Source: a virus. Taken from it: a DNA stretch of 64,000 nucleotides. Below are positions 32,623-43,127 of the stretch, one piece after another. The notes below the pieces were generated by a model. That model did not search any database. It was not told where the DNA came from and was given only the letters and a program-made list of their open reading frames with translations. A program made the position numbers and the translations under genes. Location of the stretch: IMG/VR virus record IMGVR_UViG_3300023110_000006, one strand, 5' to 3'. How positions within the stretch are numbered: the first letter of the stretch is position 1; the number at the start of each line of letters is the position of its first letter.

Positions 32623-33069
32623 TTAGATAAGTCCGTTGTTTTCGTCAAAATCTAGACGCATTTTTTCGGAAATATTGTAGGGCAAATATGTTAGATCAAC
32701 TTCAATTTGTATTCCACTCTCATATGTTGATACTGATATGCCATTGACCTGTAATCTAGGGTCATAATTTACTATATTTGTTACATTCTCTGCAATAGCT
32801 TTTTTTAAATCATCTGTAAATGGTTCGTACAAAGCGTCCCATATAATAGTACCAAATTCAGGATTTTCTAATTTTTCACCTTGACGTATATGAAAATGGT
32901 TAATCAAGTCCTGTTTGATTAGAGCAAGATCATAAAGTGTAGTACTTTTTTGTGCAGGATTTACTGTTGAAAGCCCTCTATATGCTTTGCTAGACACAAC
33001 AGGTTTTGGCCTATTTGTGTTACTATTAACAGCAATTCTTTTGTATAAATTTTTTTCTATAGTGCTCAT
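32623..33069 (-). CDS. baseplate wedge subunit gp25-like
   Basis: LIKQDLINHFHIRQGEKLENPEFGTIIWDALYEP...YDPRL matches the GPW/gp25 pattern. Confidence 0.85.
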   Translation of the reverse strand: MSTIEKNLYKRIAVNSNTNRPKPVVSSKAYRGLSTVNPAQKSTTLYDLALIKQDLINHFHIRQGEKLENPEFGTIIWDALYEPFTDDLKKAIAENVTNIVNYDPRLQVNGISVSTYESGIQIEVDLTYLPYNISEKMRLDFDENNGLI

Positions 33070-33076
33070 ACTGTAT

Positions 33077-33379
33077 TTATTGTCCTATGTTTACAAAACT
33101 TGCGCCGCTTGTTATTTTGTCATTATCACATGCATCGTTTTTCCTTGCTACATATGCACCCACGATCTTTACAACTGAACTACTTCCTGCTATAGCCGCA
33201 GTGTGGTCTGGGCAAGGTGGATTAGGTGGTGCAGGATGAGATACTGTCAAGTCGCCTTTTCTACACACAAGTTCTCCTTGTATTTTTACAAATGTTTGAC
33301 TAGGTGCATCAAGTGTTGTAGTACCTGTACAACTATGTCCTGTGCTTACTGTATCTCCTTGTCTTGCTACTTCTGGCAT
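33077..33379 (-). CDS. PAAR-repeat spike tip protein (gp5.4-like)
   Basis: VARQGD, VCRKGD and VARKND repeats with His/Cys metal ligands. Confidence 0.85.
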   Translation of the reverse strand: MPEVARQGDTVSTGHSCTGTTTLDAPSQTFVKIQGELVCRKGDLTVSHPAPPNPPCPDHTAAIAGSSSVVKIVGAYVARKNDACDNDKITSGASFVNIGQ

Positions 33380-34140
33380 TATACTGTTGTATCCTCTGAT
33401 CCTGTAGTTGTTACTGCTGTTGATCCATCAATTGGAACATCTGCTTCGGCAGGTAAACTCCAGTTTCTTTTTACACTTCTCACATATTGACTGTTGCTGT
33501 TAAATCTATAATTTGATACTTTTGCATCATTGCCTTGGTTTCCACCTAAAACTTTTATTACACCATTGCTTGTAATTTCTTGAATAAATCCTATGTGTCC
33601 TCCGCTACGTGTTTTTGATTTGAATATTACAACGTCCCATTTACGTATTTTTCCTGTGTCTCTCCAATCAACTTCGCTACCCCAGTTGTACCATGCTTGA
33701 CTTGACATTGTAGGATTGACTGGTATTTGTGCAGTATACAAAGCCCAACTTACAAAAGCCGCACACCATGCGTATGTCATAGCACTACTATCTTGTGTGT
33801 ACGCATTTCCACAAACTTTGTAACATTCTAATATCCTAGGATTGCCTGGATTTCCTCTTTCTTTCCAGTCTTGAGTGAGAACATTTTTTAAAAGTGCATC
33901 TAATCTTTCATAACCTGGTCCAGATGGTAATGGTCCTGGAGTAATATTAGGATCAAGCGGAGGTAAATTTGTACTGTTGCTTCCTGTGTAAGCTCTACTA
34001 CCAGGACCTGTGCTAGGATAATCTCCTTCTAAATCAAGGTAATCATATCTGTTTGCTTCTAGTAAATCGTTCCAGGCGGCATTATCCTGTATTTGTGCAG
34101 GATTTACTACCGGGCTAAAAGGAATATACACTTGACACAT
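33379..34140 (-). CDS. TIGR02594-like CHAP/NlpC-type cell wall amidase
   Basis: AWCAAFVSW...GHIGF...LGGNQ Cys-His motif set. Confidence 0.75.
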   Translation of the reverse strand: MCQVYIPFSPVVNPAQIQDNAAWNDLLEANRYDYLDLEGDYPSTGPGSRAYTGSNSTNLPPLDPNITPGPLPSGPGYERLDALLKNVLTQDWKERGNPGNPRILECYKVCGNAYTQDSSAMTYAWCAAFVSWALYTAQIPVNPTMSSQAWYNWGSEVDWRDTGKIRKWDVVIFKSKTRSGGHIGFIQEITSNGVIKVLGGNQGNDAKVSNYRFNSNSQYVRSVKRNWSLPAEADVPIDGSTAVTTTGSEDTTV

Positions 34141-34141
34141 T

Positions 34142-36745
34142 TTAACTTACTCCACTATTCAAATTTGGATCTATACTTGCTACTAATATTGGACTTCTTA
34201 CCCAATCAGGATCATATCTACCATTAGACAAAAACTTAGCTTGATAGTAACCTTGATCTTTTGGATAGCCAAGATTAAATCCGCCTTCTGTACCAGCAAT
34301 GGCCATTCTAAAGTTTCCTAAAACACCTCTACCAAAATCTCTATATCTTTCTTTAAGGTATGCGGCAGTAACAGCAACACTCTTTGCTACATCTGTAAGC
34401 ATCAACGTAGGATCATCTACAATTTCTACACCGAATGGATTATAATCTGACACTAACTCTTCTTTTGTAAGTCCAGCAAGTTTACCATAACGTTCGTGAT
34501 TGCCTTTACCTGTTAGCTGTATAAGTCCTCTTCCGATAAATTTAGCACCATCACCTGCTGTTGTATTGCCCATGTTACGTCCAAGTCTATGTTGATTACC
34601 GTAAACATATTCAAAAAATTGTGCTTTATCAGCTTTAAGTTCTGTTAGTGCAGAATCACTAAGTTGTCGTGTACTGCTAAAAATACTACGTATTCTATCG
34701 TTGCTTGTTCCGCCATATCCGCCTTCAGTTTTCAATTCTAATCCGGATTCAGTTTCAGCACAAGCAATAGCAGAGTAAACTTGTTCTTCTGTAAATCCTT
34801 CTGCATAAAGAGCTTGTGCAAATACACGAGATAACTCTTGTTTACTTACTTTTACAGGTTCTGGATCAGGTGGAATATTTGCCGCTCCTACAGGATCAAA
34901 TCTTGCACTTCCTTCCGGTGCTGTTCCTGAGGTATTGTAACTATTTGGTTGAGATCCTGAAAGTACAACTGTTCCTCCAGGTCCTCTAGCAAATGTATCT
35001 GGAGTGCTAGGAGGATAAGTTTCAGGTTGTGAGTTTCCTGCACGTATATTATCTGAACTATATTTTACTGGATCTAAATGTTCATGTTCAAACCAAGGTT
35101 CTTGTGAAGGACGTCTACTTGTTTCTCTTGCTAATTCAGGAGGAGTAGGATCTACAATATTTGGAGCAGGTGGAATAACTGCTTCTGCAGGTGCTTGCGG
35201 CGCTGGAGGAGTTGATCCTTGAATATCAATATCGTTTCCGTCAGCATATATTACCATGTTTGCACCAGCATGTAAATTTTGTGTAGCATCAGATCGTAGT
35301 GTCATAGTGCCTACACTCTTAACATGAAAAATATTCCCTGCTTCTATTTTCGTTGCTAATGCACTTTTTTGCGAAATCTCGGCTTCTGCTAATACTTTAA
35401 TATTTCCTAATGCTTTTAAATTGTAATCTCCATCAGTAGTAATGTTTACATATCCACAACCTTCTATACCTACACCTGTTGCACTACCAAGAGCTAAATT
35501 TTCTCCAGATATAACACTTTGTTTTGCACCTGCAACAATACTACCTTCGTTAGTCGCATATAGTATCATATTAGTGTTGGTTTGCATACTTATATCAGCA
35601 CTTGCATTTACACTAAACTGTGTACCGCTTACCATATTGGTGCTGTTAATAGTGCTTGTTTTAATTTTATCTGCTACAAGATTAAATGTTTGACCAGCTG
35701 TAATGTTAACATCTTTATCTGCCGTAAAATTAATATCTTCTTGAGATCTTACACTAATACTATCTCTACTGTAAATATCAATTTTTCCGTTACTTGTAAG
35801 TTCAATCCACGCTGTTCCTCTACTGTTACTAATGTAAATTAAATCTTCAGTATTGTGCAACACAATTTGGTGTCCTGTACGTGTTCTTAATCGGACATGC
35901 TCATTGTGAGGAAGTGTAGGATCGCCGCCATCTTCTCTAGCCTCTAAATTTATATATTGCATAGGTGTTTCCCAAGGTTTACCTATACGTAAAAATTTAT
36001 CATCACCGTCGTCCATTACAAAACTAGAACCGCCTAATCTACTTTTGAACATGCTTACTTTAGTACCTTCGTGTCCAATTTCAGCTTTTGGAGCACCTTC
36101 TCTTTTATCTAAAGGTCCTGGTGTACTCCATCCAAATACTGCACTCGGAATATCTCTTCTAGCACTTGATGTTGTGATTCCCCTTACTTCGTCTTCAATT
36201 AAACCACTTTGTATAAGACTTTTTGCCAAATCTAAATGAACAGATTTTTGCACTGTTGTAGGATCTGATGGAGTTTGATGAATAAATTTATTAAATTCTG
36301 CGGCTGGTGCTTTTTTCGGAAAGTCTCGCAAATTTGCTGTTGAAGAATTTCCGGGTACCATAAAATTCATAAATTCGTCTTGGATACATCCTATCCAATA
36401 ACACTTGCTTGTATTTCCTTCTGCAAAAATTACAAGAACTCTTGTACCAACATCAGGTGGCACTGCCCAAAATCCTGAACTTTGTTGTGTGTGTCTATAA
36501 CCTTCATTTCTTGATGATTGAGAAACTGGTGTTACATTGTAAAAGGGACTCAAATAACTTGCTTCAAATATTTGTCCTGATCTTTCTGGTTGGTTACCCG
36601 AAGCAGACTGTTTTAGCAATTCAACCTGTAGTGTACCCATGTATTTTGTATCAAGATTGTTAATTACAATAGCTTCAAACGGACCTGGACTTAGAGGTTG
36701 TGTAGGCCTTACTGATCTTCCTTGTGTTCTACTCATTCCTGCCAT
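34142..36745 (-). CDS. gp5-like baseplate central spike with C-terminal GH19-family lysozyme domain (start revised to 36745)
   Basis: OB-fold WAVPPDVGTRVLVIF, RLRTRTGHQI, beta-helix repeats, Pro-rich linker, then ETESG and GRGLIQLTGK GH19 motifs. Confidence 0.8.
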   Translation of the reverse strand: MAGMSRTQGRSVRPTQPLSPGPFEAIVINNLDTKYMGTLQVELLKQSASGNQPERSGQIFEASYLSPFYNVTPVSQSSRNEGYRHTQQSSGFWAVPPDVGTRVLVIFAEGNTSKCYWIGCIQDEFMNFMVPGNSSTANLRDFPKKAPAAEFNKFIHQTPSDPTTVQKSVHLDLAKSLIQSGLIEDEVRGITTSSARRDIPSAVFGWSTPGPLDKREGAPKAEIGHEGTKVSMFKSRLGGSSFVMDDGDDKFLRIGKPWETPMQYINLEAREDGGDPTLPHNEHVRLRTRTGHQIVLHNTEDLIYISNSRGTAWIELTSNGKIDIYSRDSISVRSQEDINFTADKDVNITAGQTFNLVADKIKTSTINSTNMVSGTQFSVNASADISMQTNTNMILYATNEGSIVAGAKQSVISGENLALGSATGVGIEGCGYVNITTDGDYNLKALGNIKVLAEAEISQKSALATKIEAGNIFHVKSVGTMTLRSDATQNLHAGANMVIYADGNDIDIQGSTPPAPQAPAEAVIPPAPNIVDPTPPELARETSRRPSQEPWFEHEHLDPVKYSSDNIRAGNSQPETYPPSTPDTFARGPGGTVVLSGSQPNSYNTSGTAPEGSARFDPVGAANIPPDPEPVKVSKQELSRVFAQALYAEGFTEEQVYSAIACAETESGLELKTEGGYGGTSNDRIRSIFSSTRQLSDSALTELKADKAQFFEYVYGNQHRLGRNMGNTTAGDGAKFIGRGLIQLTGKGNHERYGKLAGLTKEELVSDYNPFGVEIVDDPTLMLTDVAKSVAVTAAYLKERYRDFGRGVLGNFRMAIAGTEGGFNLGYPKDQGYYQAKFLSNGRYDPDWVRSPILVASIDPNLNSGVS

Positions 36746-39700
36746 TAAAATCCACCTTCCCATCTACCAGTTCTTTTATTGTAGCGAACATTTCCACCAA
36801 GATCTGCTCTTGGTAAATTTACTGCCGGAGCATCAATATTTCCTTCATTAAGACGCTGAAGTTGTGAAGCCGCTTCACTAGCCGATTGTTCTATAGCTGT
36901 TGGAATTTGTACTGGAATATTTTGATTAGCAATATTAATTGCTTGTTCTGTACTTACAGGACCATTAGGTAGACCTCCTCTTAGCAAAGGACTTACTCCT
37001 AATGTATCTCTATTTAATAATTGTTCTGAACTCATAATACTATCTGTGTATGCACTTGGATTGATTGTAGTAACAGCATCGTTAAGACTAGAAAGATTTT
37101 GTCCTAAACTATTTTGTAAGTTACTTCCAACACTTGATCCAATGTTTCCTAAAACATCGCCTCCATTTAAATTTAGCTGTGTAAGACCTAGTAAGTCTTG
37201 AGAAGCGGCTGTAAGTGCATTGAAGTCTGTACCTATCTGTGCTAGATCTTTTATGTTTATACCATTTTGGAATGTTTCAAATGCACTTGCAACTTGACCA
37301 AATGCCGCAAACGCATCACTGCCTATTATATCTCTTGTTTTTGTAATGACACTTCTAAGGTTATTAAATCCTGGTAAAATGTTTTCTGCTTCTACCATCC
37401 AGTCTAATCTATTAGCTGTATCACCTACTCTAGAATTTGTAGCTGTCAATCGTTTTGCAAATTCTGCTGTAATCTCATTTACACTTTCTGCTGGATTAGT
37501 AATAGGAACTAGAGCTCCTACATTTTGGCTTGGTCCAGATTCTTCTTGATTACGCATTCTAATCATTTGCAATTCTTGTGTAAATACACCTTCTTCAAAT
37601 TTATGCTGTATTTGAATCACTCTATATAAACCACTAAACGTATCAACAATTATTAAATCTTCTGGAAAGATCATTTTGCCCGAAGTTGGATCTGTATCTA
37701 CAGGTGTCCTAAATAATACATTACAATAAACTTCACTTCTTCCTGTATTCACTTGCCCGTCAGCTGTCATTGCTGTGTAAGCAGTATCTCTAGCATGATA
37801 GTTACCTACACCGTTATCAGATAACCAAAAAGGATCACCTACAATACGCATGTCTACCCTAATCATGTCTACATTAGAAAAAATTAATCTATCGTTAAAA
37901 GCTCTAGCAACTTGTATTTGAGGATCTGCAATTCCGCTACTGTGATCATTTCCTGAAGCGTTATTAACAGTTTCAACAGCTGATGCTTGTCCTTCTATAG
38001 GTGTGGTAGTGCCTGCTCCGTCACCTCCTGATCTAAAGCCAGGATGAGGGTGTCTTGCGGCTTGCCCTTCTGCCGCACCTACTCTATCTGCGGCTGAACC
38101 TGATCCTCTGTCAGCTGTAAAAGGTGCCAAAAATGCGTAATTGTATTCTATATTAAAATCAAGGACTGATTTATTTTTTCCTGTATAAACATAGTTGTAT
38201 TCTTTTGCGGCTTGTACTTTTCTTTCTGCTACTCCTTGTGTAGGTTCACTTACTGCCGCAAAATGTTCGTGACCGTATTTTTTTGGAACAACACGATAAA
38301 CATACAAAGACGGATATTGACCACCTCTTTGCAATTCTTCTTCGTCTTTGATGACGTATGTATCTGTCTGTATGTCATACCAATCTACCATGCCATCTTC
38401 TGGAAGATCATTTAGTTGGCGTGCAAGAGCCCTTCCGTATTGGCTACTAATTAAAACTTCTTCAATAATTTCTTGTATTCTAGTACCTGCCTTAAATGAA
38501 AATACTCTTATATCATCTGAAAGTTGTAAATTTCTACTAGTTCGGTTAAAAATAGGATACCTTTGTGATAAACTTTCTTGGTCTGCTAAACCTTGCGAAT
38601 TCATTGGTTGAGTTCCTCCTGCAAGAGGATCGTCAATAATCCATTTACTTCCAATTTTATTATTGCTGTAATCACTTGCCGCATATTTCTTAAACATTGT
38701 TTCTAACAAACTACTATCAGTAGTTCTATTTGCTAAACCGTTATAAAATTCTGCGAAGGTTCCTGGCACTTCTTCTGAACCGGCATCTGTACCTACTAAA
38801 CTTTGATAGTATTCTGATAGATATGCATCAGTAGTTGGTCTATTAGTGTCTGCTGGACTGCTTACACCAAATTCGTCATAGCCCGGTTGCGCTGTAGCTG
38901 TGCCTGTATCAAATTCTCCTCCAGCACCATATGCATCATAAATGCTTTTTGGTTCAGATTCTCCTGGAAACAATATAACATATTGATCCGGAGCGGCTAC
39001 TTGATTTTTTTCTTTTAACTCTTTTAATCTTTTGTTGTTTATTTCAGTTAAGCTCTGTGCACCTGTTTGTAACATTTCTCTAATTGTTCTGCCACGTAAT
39101 GCTACATCTGTTTTTATTTGTGTCACTGAATCGTGTAGTGCCTGCTCATTCCATGCTATAGCTTCTACTTTGTAGGTTGATCCACCTTCGTTTGTTACAA
39201 ACTGACTATTGATTAATTTTATAGGAAGTAACCTTCTACCATAAGGAACGTCCATTACGTTACCATCAACGTCATAACCTTTAAAATCAATTGTTAACAA
39301 AAAAGGCGCTTGTATGTAATGACCAAAACCTGCTGACTTTGCGGCAACTAAAAGTGCTTGATAAAAAAGTCCCATACTGTAAGGTTCGTAAACTTCAAAT
39401 TCAATTTTTGTTGCATTAGAATTTCTATTCCTAGAACCCATCATAACTATGGACTGTATGTTAAGATTATCCATAAAGAATTCAACACTTGCACCCATTG
39501 CTTGTTCTACTCTAGTTCTTGATTCTTTACCTGTGCGTTTAGCACCGCCACCATTTTGTATAATAGACCATTTGGGTTTTGTAGTTCTATAAAGTTCTGG
39601 TTTGTTTATTTCATCTTGAGTAAGTATATGCAAACCAAGAATAGCGTTCATACTTGAATAATCTTCTAATTCATTTGGCCAAGGTGGAGGAGTTACTCCA

Positions 39701-39978
39701 GGTACCAGTTCTCCAGCACGTACCGAATGTCCAATGGGTCCTGGTTTTGGAGATAAATTACTTTTAAACTGTGTTGGATTTTGTGTAGCAAAAGGAGACT
39801 TATTTGTAACTAACCCTAATGCTCCTTGTGCTTCGCCTTGTAAACCTTCTAACTGAGTTTTTACATTTTGTGTAGCACTAAAAAGTTTATTACGAAAATT
39901 ATTTTCAAACTCTGGTACAAAGTTTGCTAAATCGTTAAGTTTTTTGTTTACTCCATTTAGGATGTTTCGGAATGCCAT
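36745..39978 (-). CDS. baseplate hub protein (gp27/gpD-like)
   Basis: Lies between gp53 and gp5; MRIVGDPFW and FSGLYRVIQIQHKFEEGVFTQEL resemble hub C-terminal motifs. Confidence 0.6.
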   Translation of the reverse strand: MAFRNILNGVNKKLNDLANFVPEFENNFRNKLFSATQNVKTQLEGLQGEAQGALGLVTNKSPFATQNPTQFKSNLSPKPGPIGHSVRAGELVPGVTPPPWPNELEDYSSMNAILGLHILTQDEINKPELYRTTKPKWSIIQNGGGAKRTGKESRTRVEQAMGASVEFFMDNLNIQSIVMMGSRNRNSNATKIEFEVYEPYSMGLFYQALLVAAKSAGFGHYIQAPFLLTIDFKGYDVDGNVMDVPYGRRLLPIKLINSQFVTNEGGSTYKVEAIAWNEQALHDSVTQIKTDVALRGRTIREMLQTGAQSLTEINNKRLKELKEKNQVAAPDQYVILFPGESEPKSIYDAYGAGGEFDTGTATAQPGYDEFGVSSPADTNRPTTDAYLSEYYQSLVGTDAGSEEVPGTFAEFYNGLANRTTDSSLLETMFKKYAASDYSNNKIGSKWIIDDPLAGGTQPMNSQGLADQESLSQRYPIFNRTSRNLQLSDDIRVFSFKAGTRIQEIIEEVLISSQYGRALARQLNDLPEDGMVDWYDIQTDTYVIKDEEELQRGGQYPSLYVYRVVPKKYGHEHFAAVSEPTQGVAERKVQAAKEYNYVYTGKNKSVLDFNIEYNYAFLAPFTADRGSGSAADRVGAAEGQAARHPHPGFRSGGDGAGTTTPIEGQASAVETVNNASGNDHSSGIADPQIQVARAFNDRLIFSNVDMIRVDMRIVGDPFWLSDNGVGNYHARDTAYTAMTADGQVNTGRSEVYCNVLFRTPVDTDPTSGKMIFPEDLIIVDTFSGLYRVIQIQHKFEEGVFTQELQMIRMRNQEESGPSQNVGALVPITNPAESVNEITAEFAKRLTATNSRVGDTANRLDWMVEAENILPGFNNLRSVITKTRDIIGSDAFAAFGQVASAFETFQNGINIKDLAQIGTDFNALTAASQDLLGLTQLNLNGGDVLGNIGSSVGSNLQNSLGQNLSSLNDAVTTINPSAYTDSIMSSEQLLNRDTLGVSPLLRGGLPNGPVSTEQAINIANQNIPVQIPTAIEQSASEAASQLQRLNEGNIDAPAVNLPRADLGGNVRYNKRTGRWEGGF

Positions 39979-39979
39979 T

Positions 39980-40285
39980 TTAAATTCCTAACATTGTTTT
40001 CAAAGCCGGCCCTTTTGGCAAATATATTTTTGTTCCTGCTTCTATATCAAAAACAGGATCTTTAATTGTATCCATATTTCTTTGTGCAAATACCCACCAT
40101 AATTTTGTAGTGCCATATAAATCATAAGCTAATAAATCTGGACGGTGTGTGTATTGAGTTTCTATTTCATAAAGTACATCATCTGCTTCAGCAGGCACTG
40201 GTCTAATCGAAAAAACTCCTAGATAGTCATTTCCTACTTTAGGTGTATTTTTCCAAGGACTTGAAGCACTATAACTTGCAGGCAT
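39980..40285 (-). CDS. baseplate wedge gp53-like (LysM-type) protein
   Basis: HRPDLLAYDLYGTTKLWWVFAQRN...IYLP. Confidence 0.85.
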   Translation of the reverse strand: MPASYSASSPWKNTPKVGNDYLGVFSIRPVPAEADDVLYEIETQYTHRPDLLAYDLYGTTKLWWVFAQRNMDTIKDPVFDIEAGTKIYLPKGPALKTMLGI

Positions 40286-41142
40286 TATATCATTCCATTA
40301 TTACTAATTAATTTTCCACTTACAAAATCTTGTAGTGTAAATTTTTCTATATGTGTTCTACTGTAAATTGGTTGTACAGTAACAGCAATTAAACTTTGTG
40401 AAGGTACCCAGGTTCCTGGTTTTGTTTGATTTCCTGGAGTATCTGTTTCTCCCTCAATATCTGTTTTTAGATAATCAACATCTTGCGGCATATCAATATT
40501 AAAACCTGTTACTACACATGGTACATTTTTAAACACATATTCACCATAACCATTAAGTTTTGTAATAGGTGGCGGATTTCCTGTGTTAGCTCCATTGTCT
40601 CCATAAAACATTTTAGTCAATGTTCTTAAGAATGTAACTGCGGCTACCCAATATTTTGCATCTGTGTTGTTTTCAATAAAAAAGTCACCACTAATTGTAA
40701 TTGCATCCACAGATGATGTTTGATAATTAAAAAAAGGATAATTAGTATGTACAGGTTGCATTGAGTTGTAGCTTGCAGAGTGTGAAAATATTATCGAAGG
40801 AGTAAAAGGAAATATCATTCTGTTACCAGTTCCGTCTGTTCCGAGAGGTTTTAATAATTCACTGTTAAGTTCTTGTAATACTGGAGGTACAGATAAACTT
40901 ACACGCCAATCGTTGTCGCCAGCATCATCTATAACCAATGCAGTTGTTGTAGTACGTTCTTCAGGCACACCATTAGCAGGTAAATTCCTACTGCGTACAG
41001 ATCTCATGTATCCAGCGGCTTCGCCAGTAAATTTAGCAACTTTATTTGCTTTTTCTGAAATTGCACCCTGCAAAACACCACGTGCATCTCTAGCTATTTG
41101 TACACCAGGCTTGTTAGGATCTGCGTCTTTAAATGTTGGCAT
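40285..41142 (-). CDS. tail tube initiator / baseplate-tube junction protein (gp48/gp54-like)
   Basis: FPFTPSI, PPPITKLNGYG...VPCVVTGF tube-fold pattern; context. Confidence 0.55.
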   Translation of the reverse strand: MPTFKDADPNKPGVQIARDARGVLQGAISEKANKVAKFTGEAAGYMRSVRSRNLPANGVPEERTTTTALVIDDAGDNDWRVSLSVPPVLQELNSELLKPLGTDGTGNRMIFPFTPSIIFSHSASYNSMQPVHTNYPFFNYQTSSVDAITISGDFFIENNTDAKYWVAAVTFLRTLTKMFYGDNGANTGNPPPITKLNGYGEYVFKNVPCVVTGFNIDMPQDVDYLKTDIEGETDTPGNQTKPGTWVPSQSLIAVTVQPIYSRTHIEKFTLQDFVSGKLISNNGMI

Positions 41143-41165
41143 AATTATTTTACTCCTAGTAGTAT

Positions 41166-41171
41166 TATTTA
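41166..41171 (-). promoter_or_regulatory. late promoter TAAATA for the baseplate operon
   Basis: 24 nt upstream of the 41142 start, ahead of an AGGAG RBS. Confidence 0.6.
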
Positions 41172-41172
41172 G

Positions 41173-41201
41173 TTGACTTTTTAATGTACGTATATTATAA
41201 T
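41173..41201 (+). promoter_or_regulatory. sigma70 promoter TTGACT-N17-TATAAT for gp55
   Basis: -35 at 41173-41178, -10 at 41196-41201. Confidence 0.85.
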
Positions 41202-41226
41202 AAGGCTATAAAACGGAAAGAGGAAT

Positions 41227-42057
41227 ATGAGAAAAACAAATTACTTAAACAATAAAGACATATTAGCAGAAATACATAAATCAAAAAATACGTTTAATAG
41301 TTATACAGATCCAGAATATGGATATTTTGATATTATTTTACCAGACGTGTCTAAAATAAACATAAGAACTATTGCAGAAGCAAAAAGAAATAAAGCAAAA
41401 AAATTAAGCACACAAGCGTTTGAACAAGCAAAAGCTCAGGGTAAAAAAGTAAAACAAGCAGATTGTGCTATAGATTACAAAAAAATTGACAAAAATGAAT
41501 TAATTTTTAGAATTATGACTTACGAACATATTCCTGAAGAGCCAGGACGTAAGAAAAATCCAAAAACTGTAGCAGATACAAAAGTAAAATTAAATTTTCC
41601 GCCTTTCCAGCACTACAAATTCAATGACGACAATGAATTAATAGTAGTTGGAAAAAGCCATTGGCAAGGAGGCATGGAAAATGGCCATTTTTCACTTACG
41701 CACGGCCAAGCAACAAATAAACTTGCTATGATGTGGATGAAATTGTGTGATCGTTATGCTACAAGAGGTAATGTAAGAGGATATACTTACAATGATGAAA
41801 TGCGAGGACAAGCAATACTGCAATTAGCACAGATTGGATTGCAGTTTGACGAATCTAAAAGTAACAACCCGTTTGCTTACTACACAGCGGCAGTCACAAA
41901 CTCATTTGTACGTGTTATCAACCTTGAAAAACGTAATCAGAACATTAGAGACGACATCCTTGAAATGAATGATATGAACCCAAGTTATACTAGACAGCAT
42001 CAAGGCGAATGGGAAGCAAGTGTTAGACGCGAAAAAGAAGCGGCAGAGGCAAAATAA
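41227..42057 (+). CDS. late transcription sigma factor gp55-like
   Basis: NYLNNKDIL, RGYTYNDEM, FDESKSNNPFAYYT, EKRNQNIRD. Confidence 0.85.
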   Translation: MRKTNYLNNKDILAEIHKSKNTFNSYTDPEYGYFDIILPDVSKINIRTIAEAKRNKAKKLSTQAFEQAKAQGKKVKQADCAIDYKKIDKNELIFRIMTYEHIPEEPGRKKNPKTVADTKVKLNFPPFQHYKFNDDNELIVVGKSHWQGGMENGHFSLTHGQATNKLAMMWMKLCDRYATRGNVRGYTYNDEMRGQAILQLAQIGLQFDESKSNNPFAYYTAAVTNSFVRVINLEKRNQNIRDDILEMNDMNPSYTRQHQGEWEASVRREKEAAEAK

Positions 42058-42061
42058 CCTC

Positions 42062-42090
42062 TTGACTTTATACAATTTTTAGTGTAAGCT
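42062..42090 (+). promoter_or_regulatory. sigma70-like promoter TTGACT-N17-TAAGCT
   Basis: Correct spacing upstream of gp47. Confidence 0.6.
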
Positions 42091-42116
42091 AGTAAAAAAT
42101 ATTAAGAGGATATTAA

Positions 42117-43127
42117 ATGTTTAAGAAAGCGGCTGTCTTTACAGATATCCATTTTGGCCTTAAAGGCAATAGTAAGGTTCACAACGATGATTGTGAAAGA
42201 TTTATAGACTGGTACATAGAACGTGCAAAAGAGCACGGTTGTGAAACTGGTATATTTTGTGGTGATTGGCACCACAACAGGAATAGTCTTAATCTTACAA
42301 CTATGGATGCTACTATACGTTGTTTAGAAAAACTTGGACAAGCATTTGAAAATTTTTATATGTTTGTTGGCAATCACGATTTGTACTACAAAGACAAACG
42401 TGATGTAAGTTCAACAGAGTTTGCAAGGCATATTCCAGGTATTACAGTAGTAGAAAATTTTACTGAAATTGAAGATGTAGCACTTGTTCCTTGGTTAGTT
42501 GGAGACGAGTGGCAAAAAATACAAAAATGTAAAGCCAAATATATGTTTGGTCATTTTGAATTACCTCATTTTTATATGAATGCTATGGTGCAAATGCCAG
42601 ATCATGGTGATTTGAAAGCAGAACACTTTGTAAATCAAGAGTATGTGTTTAGCGGACATTTTCATAAACGTCAACGACAAGGAAAAATACATTATCTGGG
42701 TAATGCATTTCCGCACAACTATGCAGATGCATGGGATGACAAACGCGGAATGATGGTGCTTGATAGAGAAAACAACGAAGAGCCTGTGTACATTGACTGG
42801 GAAGATTGTCCAAAATACAGAACAACTACATTAAGCAAACTTCTAGACCCACAATCAGATGTTATCAAAGCTAATATGTATCTGCGTGTTACTATTGACG
42901 TTCCAATTAGCTACGAAGAAGCAAGTTTTATTAAAGAAACTTATGTAAACAATTATGGATGTAGAGAAATAACACTAATTCCTGAAAAACAAATGGAAGA
43001 AATTAGTACAAACTTAGATATTACTAAGTTTGAAAGTGTTGATCAAATTGTTTCAAAAGAAATTGAAGCTATTGAAAGTGAACAATTTAATAAAAAAATG
43101 TTACTAGACATATACAACGAGTTATAA
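42117..43127 (+). CDS. recombination endonuclease subunit gp47 (Mre11/SbcD-like)
   Basis: Metallophosphoesterase motifs DIHFG, GDWHH, GNHD, GHFH. Confidence 0.92.
   Translation: MFKKAAVFTDIHFGLKGNSKVHNDDCERFIDWYIERAKEHGCETGIFCGDWHHNRNSLNLTTMDATIRCLEKLGQAFENFYMFVGNHDLYYKDKRDVSSTEFARHIPGITVVENFTEIEDVALVPWLVGDEWQKIQKCKAKYMFGHFELPHFYMNAMVQMPDHGDLKAEHFVNQEYVFSGHFHKRQRQGKIHYLGNAFPHNYADAWDDKRGMMVLDRENNEEPVYIDWEDCPKYRTTTLSKLLDPQSDVIKANMYLRVTIDVPISYEEASFIKETYVNNYGCREITLIPEKQMEEISTNLDITKFESVDQIVSKEIEAIESEQFNKKMLLDIYNEL

Noticed and set aside
5892-36763. Longer N-termini given by the ORF track for 5085..5960, 13557..14213 and 34142..36763
   Set aside because: The extensions overlap upstream genes. The downstream starts have an RBS or stop-start coupling, and the first matches its paralog's N-terminus.
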